64,000 nt of DNA from an uncultured delta proteobacterium. Its GTDB lineage: Bacteria > Desulfobacterota > Syntrophia > Syntrophales > UBA2185. Both the position numbers and the translations under genes were made by a program. This document shows positions 59,107-64,000 of this stretch, in pieces; position 1 is the first letter of the stretch; every line of letters begins with the position of its first letter. The notes beneath the pieces were generated by a model. It did not search any database. It had not been told where the DNA came from and was given only the letters and a program-made list of their open reading frames with translations. The stretch is from contig OY970063.1 in assembly GCA_963705275.1 (NCBI GenBank), positions 668,438 to 732,437 of the forward strand. Reading direction: 5' to 3'.

Positions 59107-60096
59107 ATGGCAACTCGAACCGTAAAACGGACCGTCGGCTTATTTGTTCTAGGCACGCTCTTTGTATTCCTGATGAGCGGGATTCTTTACTGGCAGGCCA
59201 TCGGCGCTGATATCAGCAATCCGCGCGCCAGCATGTGGCGCACCGTCAGGGAGGGTTTCCAGGGGTTTACCAAGGTAACAACCGCCGGTCATAAGATATT
59301 GATCGTCAACAGTGGGGAGAACTGGCGGGAGTTTCGCAACAACCTGCTCATGCCGTTCTCCCAGTGGATCATTGCCATCGCGCTGGTCGTCATGGGTGTA
59401 TTTTATATGCGCATCGGTCCCGACAAACTGGAGAAACCGAGGTCAGGAGTGAAAATCCAGCGCTATTATCAGTGGGAGCGGATTCTGCACTGGTATACCG
59501 CGGTGCTCTTCGTAATCATGGCCATCACGGGACTCAGCCTTCTTCTGGGGCGTATCGCTCTGATACCGGTTTTCGGCCATTGGGCTGAGTCGGTTTTTCT
59601 TTCGGCGTCGAAGGTGCTCCACAATTATTGCGGGCCCCTGCTTCTCATAGGCATCTTTTTGGAATTCGTCTTCTGGGTGCGCTACAACATTCCCAGGAAA
59701 ATGGACCTGGATTGGTTTAAGAGCATGGGCGGCCTGCTCGGCAGCGGCCCTCGTCCCCATACGGGTAAGGTCAACGGCGGCGAGAAGGGCTGGTTTTGGC
59801 TCATGGTCATTTTCGGGGCTGCTGTGGGCATAACGGGCGTGCTCCTCGATTTTCCGATCTGGGGGCAGAGCAGGTTCACCATGCAGGTCTCTCACGTTAT
59901 TCATGCTACTGTGGCCGTACTGTTCGTCACAGCCTCTTTCGGCCACATCTATATGGGGAGCCTGGGTGTAGAGGGTGTATTCGAAGGCATGTGGACCGGT
60001 TATGTCGATGAGGTCTGGGCTAAACAGCATTCTGACCTGTGGTATGAAGAACAGATGCATGAGAAAGAAGTGGGACGCGAGACAATGCCATCCTGA
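59107..60096 (+). CDS. fdhC: Formate dehydrogenase gamma subunit (cytochrome b)
   Basis: 329 aa. N-terminal TM segment plus periplasmic segment (NSGENWREFRN). Four further TM helices with conserved His (ILHWYT, HNYCGP, HVIHAT, FGHIYMG). Confidence 0.85.
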   Translation: MATRTVKRTVGLFVLGTLFVFLMSGILYWQAIGADISNPRASMWRTVREGFQGFTKVTTAGHKILIVNSGENWREFRNNLLMPFSQWIIAIALVVMGVFYMRIGPDKLEKPRSGVKIQRYYQWERILHWYTAVLFVIMAITGLSLLLGRIALIPVFGHWAESVFLSASKVLHNYCGPLLLIGIFLEFVFWVRYNIPRKMDLDWFKSMGGLLGSGPRPHTGKVNGGEKGWFWLMVIFGAAVGITGVLLDFPIWGQSRFTMQVSHVIHATVAVLFVTASFGHIYMGSLGVEGVFEGMWTGYVDEVWAKQHSDLWYEEQMHEKEVGRETMPS

Positions 60097-60131
60097 GCAT
60101 AGAGACCGGGGGCCATTTTAGGAGACCTATT

Positions 60132-60797
60132 ATGACCGTGGAATTTGGACTTCTGCTACTCGAATCCGCACTGCTCGTTGCTACCATCATACTTCTGATT
60201 TATGGCATCCACGAGGGAAAACGGAGGGACGACCTGCTCAGGGAGGTCGGGAGGGCTACAAGGGTGCTCACGCGTCAGGAGTATTTCTTCTCCATCATGA
60301 ATGCAATGCTTGATGCGAAACAGGAAATAATCGGATGCATTACCGGTACACCCCCTTCCGACGACGATGTGCAGATGACCAGGCATATTGCAGATGCTAT
60401 CGAGAACATGACCAGGAAAGGTGTGACCATCAAGTATCTTCTGCCAAAGTTCCCTGACCGGTTGCAGATAGGCGTTCAATACACAAAAGCGGGAGCTGAG
60501 ATCCGCTTCAGCAGTTGTCTTATGGTCCATAGTATCCGTTATACCGTTGTCGATGAGAGAATTGTTGTGATTGGCATCCCGGAAAGTATCGGTGAAAGGG
60601 AGGCGACAAAAAAGGGATATACGATACCGTCCGAAGGGCTCGCTGTTGTCCTCAAAGACTACTTTAATGACTGCGAGAAACAGACGAGCTTGAAAGAATA
60701 TATATTGGAGGTTATAGAACAGACCGGTGCTACAGTCGAGCATCTGGCAAGGGAATTTCGCTTGGATGAGAAGGAACTGAGGAAACTTGTTCAATAA
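60132..60797 (+). CDS. Membrane-anchored hypothetical protein (PLD-like/TrmB-C-like core and possible C-terminal winged-helix; tentative)
   Basis: AGGAGA RBS. N-terminal TM helix. Core DAKQEIIGCI...RKGVTIKYLLPK...VVDERIVVIGIPE. C-terminal LKEYILEVIEQTGATVEHLAREFRLDEKELRKLV. Confidence 0.55.
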   Translation: MTVEFGLLLLESALLVATIILLIYGIHEGKRRDDLLREVGRATRVLTRQEYFFSIMNAMLDAKQEIIGCITGTPPSDDDVQMTRHIADAIENMTRKGVTIKYLLPKFPDRLQIGVQYTKAGAEIRFSSCLMVHSIRYTVVDERIVVIGIPESIGEREATKKGYTIPSEGLAVVLKDYFNDCEKQTSLKEYILEVIEQTGATVEHLAREFRLDEKELRKLVQ

Positions 60798-60909
60798 AAT
60801 GAATGGCGTTGCAGCGCGTGGCCTCTTAGATGGAAAAGGTATTCTAATGCTATAGGGCCTTCAATATAAATGAGGGATGGATGCGAGTCCGATCCTCCCA
60901 GGTTAGCAG

Positions 60910-60957
60910 GGGCGACTCAAAAATTGGGTGGGTCGTCGTGGGTCGCCCGTCCTTTTA
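60910..60957 (+). terminator. Possible terminator hairpin between convergent genes
   Basis: GGGCGAC-(25 nt)-GTCGCCC followed by GTCCTTTTA. It overlaps the stop of the minus-strand gene. Confidence 0.3.
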
Positions 60958-61444
60958 CTGCAATTTCTGTACTTCACGAGGGAAGCAGCATTCCCAGGCT
61001 GGCATACCATCTTCTTCATTGCGAAGTTTCATGGTCCACTCACCCTTGCTTATTTCCGTGGCAATAATAGCGGTGCCAACCTTCTTACCTCTGACTTCAA
61101 CCTGGTCGCCAGCCATGAATTTCAACTTCTGATTGTTCATGAACCACTTCGGTCCCATATACACAATATAGTTGTTACCCTGATCCGTCACAAATCTCAT
61201 CTGCAGAGCATCTTTCACGCCAGGCATATTTTCAACTTTCTTCACCTTTCCGGATTCAACTACAATCGCCTCGTTTCCCGTCAATGCCAGTATGGATCGG
61301 ACCCGGAACTCCGAAAGACCATGCACCCACTGAAAAAGTGGACCCTGGCGCCTGCGATTCCTGAGCTAATGATGCTTGTGCAAACATTATGTTCATCGCA
61401 AGAGCCGTCGCAACTACCATAACCCATATTGTCGTTTTTCTCAT
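60955..61444 (-). pseudogene. Exported small protein (MamS/MamX-like or OB-like domain; tentative) split by a +1 frame change
   Basis: Track ORF 61256..61444 encodes only a signal peptide plus 38 aa. Track ORF 60955..61326 (GTG start, no signal) encodes the domain. The two frames overlap across a T5 run (A5 on the + strand, 61333-61337). Confidence 0.5.
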
Positions 61445-61679
61445 ACTCTCCTCCTCATAACTTAATACCTAGATTTATTGAATCGACCCACCCGATTATG
61501 AGCTTAAATACCCAGATAACTATCAATGTTCTCAACGGTGATGACAGCTAGCGCTCTAATGTCCCCAACTCTGTTCACAGAATTAAGAGGCTTTCGCCAT
61601 CGATACCGTGATTTTCACCCTCAGGCGCAGAAATGATTCTGCCTGCAACTCTTTTTACCTAATAGATGCTTCATCATGA

Positions 61680-61791
61680 ATCAATTTGCAATCAGGCATA
61701 GACTGATTTGTCGCTTCAAAAATCCTTAGATAGTCTTCTATTGCTCAGACAATTCGAAACGACAAATGAGGGATTGCCTGATTGAATTGAT
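61680..61791. repeat. 112-nt imperfect palindrome (three helices, 25 bp) in a divergent intergenic region
   Basis: Hand pairing: 61680-61686/61785-61791 (7 bp), 61689-61698/61775-61784 (10 bp), 61706-61713/61760-61767 (8 bp), with a 46-nt centre. Confidence 0.6.
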
Positions 61792-61880
61792 GACAATAGC
61801 TCTATAAATATTTTTGTATATACGATAATGTCGAAATCTCCATTGAACATTATTGCTCAACATTTAAAGGAGGAATAAAA

Positions 61881-62333
61881 ATGATGAGACATCTACAAGG
61901 TAAATCGCGTCTTTTGGTATTATGTATTCTGGTTATCGGCATCATGATCTTCGCTGCCACTATCGAAGGTATCTGCGCGGAAAAGCAGATATCCAAGATG
62001 GCACCCCCTGGTGGTAATTACAAGAAGGTCAGCTCACTCGTTGCCCTGCCGGACTTTATCCCCGGTCTGGGAACTCTTTATGTGGATCCAGGCACGCTGC
62101 CAGCGGGCCCATTTCTCGCATATGACCGTAAAGGTCAGCTGGTGAGCAGCGTCTATATGATTCCTCTCAAGGACATTAATGAACACAAGGAATTCAAGAA
62201 TCTTAAAGTAGCCCAGCTGAAAGTGGATCACGTGGATATGTACTACAATGCCGGACATCCCGGAGTCCCCGATCCTCATTACCATGTCATCCTGTGGTAC
62301 GTCTCACCGGAAAAAGCGGCAGGGATGAAGTAG
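61881..62333 (+). CDS. Exported hypothetical protein
   Basis: AAGGAGG RBS. Signal/TM segment LLVLCILVIGIMIFAATIEGICA. 150 aa. No family recognised. Confidence 0.6.
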   Translation: MMRHLQGKSRLLVLCILVIGIMIFAATIEGICAEKQISKMAPPGGNYKKVSSLVALPDFIPGLGTLYVDPGTLPAGPFLAYDRKGQLVSSVYMIPLKDINEHKEFKNLKVAQLKVDHVDMYYNAGHPGVPDPHYHVILWYVSPEKAAGMK

Positions 62334-62346
62334 GGATAGGTGTATC

Positions 62347-62538
62347 ATGCGGACTCGGAGGGAGTTTATTACGGTGGGCGGCCCAGAAGACATTTCCGAG
62401 CATCGAGCGGATTATGCGAGAGAAGATTGTCCGACGCTGATGGACAAATTGGCGGTGGCGACTTCCGCGTGCAAATTGCTATGCGAACTTGAATATACGA
62501 CCGGAAGAACGTTCGCTTTGAGAATGGGTAAACCATGA
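62347..62538 (+). CDS. Hypothetical 63-aa ORF translationally coupled to the DUF488 gene
   Basis: ATGA stop/start overlap with the next gene. No recognisable motif and a weak RBS. Confidence 0.3.
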   Translation: MRTRREFITVGGPEDISEHRADYAREDCPTLMDKLAVATSACKLLCELEYTTGRTFALRMGKP

Positions 62539-62876
62539 TAAAGATCAAAAGAGCTTATGACCCATTATCTTCGGATGATGGAAAGCGTATCCTTGTAGAT
62601 CGTCTCTGGCCGAGAGGAATCAAGAAAGAAGATGCCGCTATCGACGAATGGCTCAAGGACATCGCACCCAGCACTGAGCTCAGAAAATGGTATTCCCATG
62701 ACCCGGCAAAGTGGGGCGAGTTCAAGAAACGCTACAAGATTGAACTGAAAGACAAAATCGGGATCGTCGACCGGCTCCGTCAGGAATCAAAAAAGCGCAC
62801 GATCACTTTCCTGTTTTCCGCCAAGGTAACTGACCTAAATAACGCGGTCGCTCTTAAGGAATTCATTGAACAGTGA
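62535..62876 (+). CDS. DUF488 domain-containing protein (YeaO-like)
   Basis: IKIKRAYDP...DGKRILVDRLWPRGIKKEDAAIDEWLKDIAPSTELRKWYSHDPAKWGEF. Confidence 0.85.
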   Translation: MIKIKRAYDPLSSDDGKRILVDRLWPRGIKKEDAAIDEWLKDIAPSTELRKWYSHDPAKWGEFKKRYKIELKDKIGIVDRLRQESKKRTITFLFSAKVTDLNNAVALKEFIEQ

Positions 62877-63169
62877 GGCAGGCGGCTGATTCTTATATTA
62901 CTCTCTTTCCATCCGTAATCCTCAATTATGCCATCTGTCGAACAGTAGTTAGTGTAAACCACCGACCGCATTGCCACCCGAAAGCATTTCACATCTTTCT
63001 ACCATATCACTGTAGATTTCCCTTGCAAGTAATGATAGATAAGGTTGAATAGGTAACCGTCAGTAATTGACGGTAGCTAATCCTTAATCCCAGGTAACGT
63101 GCCGAGTTCGTACCGCACCTATTCTCTCTTCTGGGTGAGAAGATAAAATCACATTAGGAGAATCAACAA

Positions 63170-63619
63170 ATGGCAATCAGCGATGAGTATAAAGACCTTG
63201 TCGGTTATCTTGAAAAGGCAATCAAGATCGTTGACAAAATGGGGATGCGTATCCTTGATTTTAAAAAGCATTCCGTAAAAATTATGCTGCCGAAAGAACC
63301 GAACGTCAATCACATCGGCACGGTATATGCCGGGTCTCTCTTTTCGCTGGCCGATTTCGCAGGAGGGGTTCTATTCTATTCCGCCTTCGACGTCAGGAAA
63401 TACTATCCTTTATTGAAACAGGTTACGATCACCTTCAAGAGACCGGCGACAACAGATATTACCATTGAGGTATCGATGACCCCTGAACAGGCTGAAGGAA
63501 TTAGAAAGATCGCTGATGAAACTGGAAAGGCAGATTGGGCATTGGATCTCGAACTGAAGGATGGGCAGGAAAATGTCTGCTGCATTGCCCACGCCACTTT
63601 TCAGATGAGAAGATCGTAA
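63170..63619 (+). CDS. Hotdog-fold thioesterase (PaaI/YiiD C-terminal domain-like)
   Basis: NHIGTVYAGSLFSLADFAGG pattern. 149 aa. Confidence 0.7.
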   Translation: MAISDEYKDLVGYLEKAIKIVDKMGMRILDFKKHSVKIMLPKEPNVNHIGTVYAGSLFSLADFAGGVLFYSAFDVRKYYPLLKQVTITFKRPATTDITIEVSMTPEQAEGIRKIADETGKADWALDLELKDGQENVCCIAHATFQMRRS

Positions 63620-63682
63620 GATGCGCAGCATTGTCATCTTTTACAACAATATTTGTGAAAACAGAATGAAAGAAGGTTTCCC

Positions 63683-64000
63683 ATGAGTATGCCGCATGAA
63701 CTGCAAAAAGAAGAGATCATCGACCTTTTGAATCGGTGCTGGATGACCCATGACGGGATGTGGTTCTATCACTGCTTAAAGAACTTCGGCATAGAAAAGG
63801 CAAATGAGCTGAATAAAGCGGCAATAAAATCATTAGCGCCGATGGAAATTGACAGGATTAAGAAGGCCCTTGGTACGGAGAAACAAATCGATAATTTTCA
63901 AGAGTTAAAAGACTTCTTTATTGCCGTCTCCAATTTATTTATGCCCACTTTTATGAATATCACTATATCTTTCCCTAGGGAAAGCATACTCCACTGGGAA
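63683..64000 (+). CDS. Hypothetical protein, N-terminal part (possibly DUF6125-like); the ORF runs off the right edge
   Basis: My own translation gives MSMPHELQKEEIIDLLNRCWMTHDGMWFYHCLKNFGIEKANELNKAAIKSLAPME..., with no stop through 64000. Absent from the ORF track because it is open-ended. Confidence 0.5.
   Translation, partial: MSMPHELQKEEIIDLLNRCWMTHDGMWFYHCLKNFGIEKANELNKAAIKSLAPMEIDRIKKALGTEKQIDNFQELKDFFIAVSNLFMPTFMNITISFPRESILHWE

Noticed and set aside
60156-60794. Full-length antisense ORF (212 aa) mirroring the 60132..60797 gene
   Set aside because: It has no RBS and an implausible composition (Cys/Phe/His-rich, no motifs). The plus-strand frame has an AGGAGA RBS, a clean TM helix and protein-like composition. 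The near-complete antisense openness is still noted as unusual.
1-64000. CRISPR arrays, transposases, integrases, prophage genes, toxin-antitoxin pairs, rRNA, tmRNA, RNase P or SRP RNA
   Set aside because: None recognised on either strand. There are no tandem direct repeats with unique spacers, no DDE/tyrosine/serine recombinase motifs, and none of the conserved core motifs of the stable RNAs as I recall them. The only RNA gene supported is tRNA-Val.

Overview
This window looks like a largely housekeeping chromosomal segment of a Gram-negative anaerobe. My guess is Desulfobacterota/Syntrophia-like, but that is a low-confidence inference from gene content only. It is densely coding, and most genes between about 15 and 49 kb lie on the minus strand. 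Recognisable blocks: (1) a sirtuin-GNAT-NRDE operon at the left edge; (2) an rsfS-comF-hldE(C-terminal domain)-dksA-priA run; (3) atpZ-atpI-atpB, then plsB and ptsH-ptsI; (4) the classical thrS-infC-rpmI-rplT-pheS-pheT-ihfA cluster, preceded by tRNA-Val(GAC) and pgsA; (5) the ffh-rpsP-KH-rimM-trmD-rplS-rnhB-yraN cluster, then argS and pilD; (6) nucleotide-sugar genes (UDP-xylose synthase, UDP-glucose dehydrogenase, rmlA/rmlC-like) and ribD; (7) a visibly GC-richer seven-gene Tat-exported, Cys-type formate dehydrogenase locus (Fe-S protein, TorD-like chaperone, small TAT-target protein, FdhA, FdhB, small lipoprotein, FdhC) at 52.6-60.1 kb; (8) small poorly characterised genes at 60-64 kb. I saw no CRISPR array, transposase, integrase, phage genes or rRNA. 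The most interesting signal is a C_GCAxxG_C_C-family gene (13753-14220, minus strand). Its reading frame carries one in-frame TGA exactly at the first conserved Cys position, followed immediately by a hairpin, which makes it a candidate selenoprotein. Other points worth a second look are an AUA-initiated infC, a four-gene envelope cluster, a monocistronic Cys-rich PxxKW-like gene, a small lipoprotein gene embedded in the fdh operon, a homopolymer frameshift in a secreted small protein, and a 112-nt three-helix imperfect palindrome in a divergent intergenic region. All family assignments come from motif recognition by eye. No database search was run.
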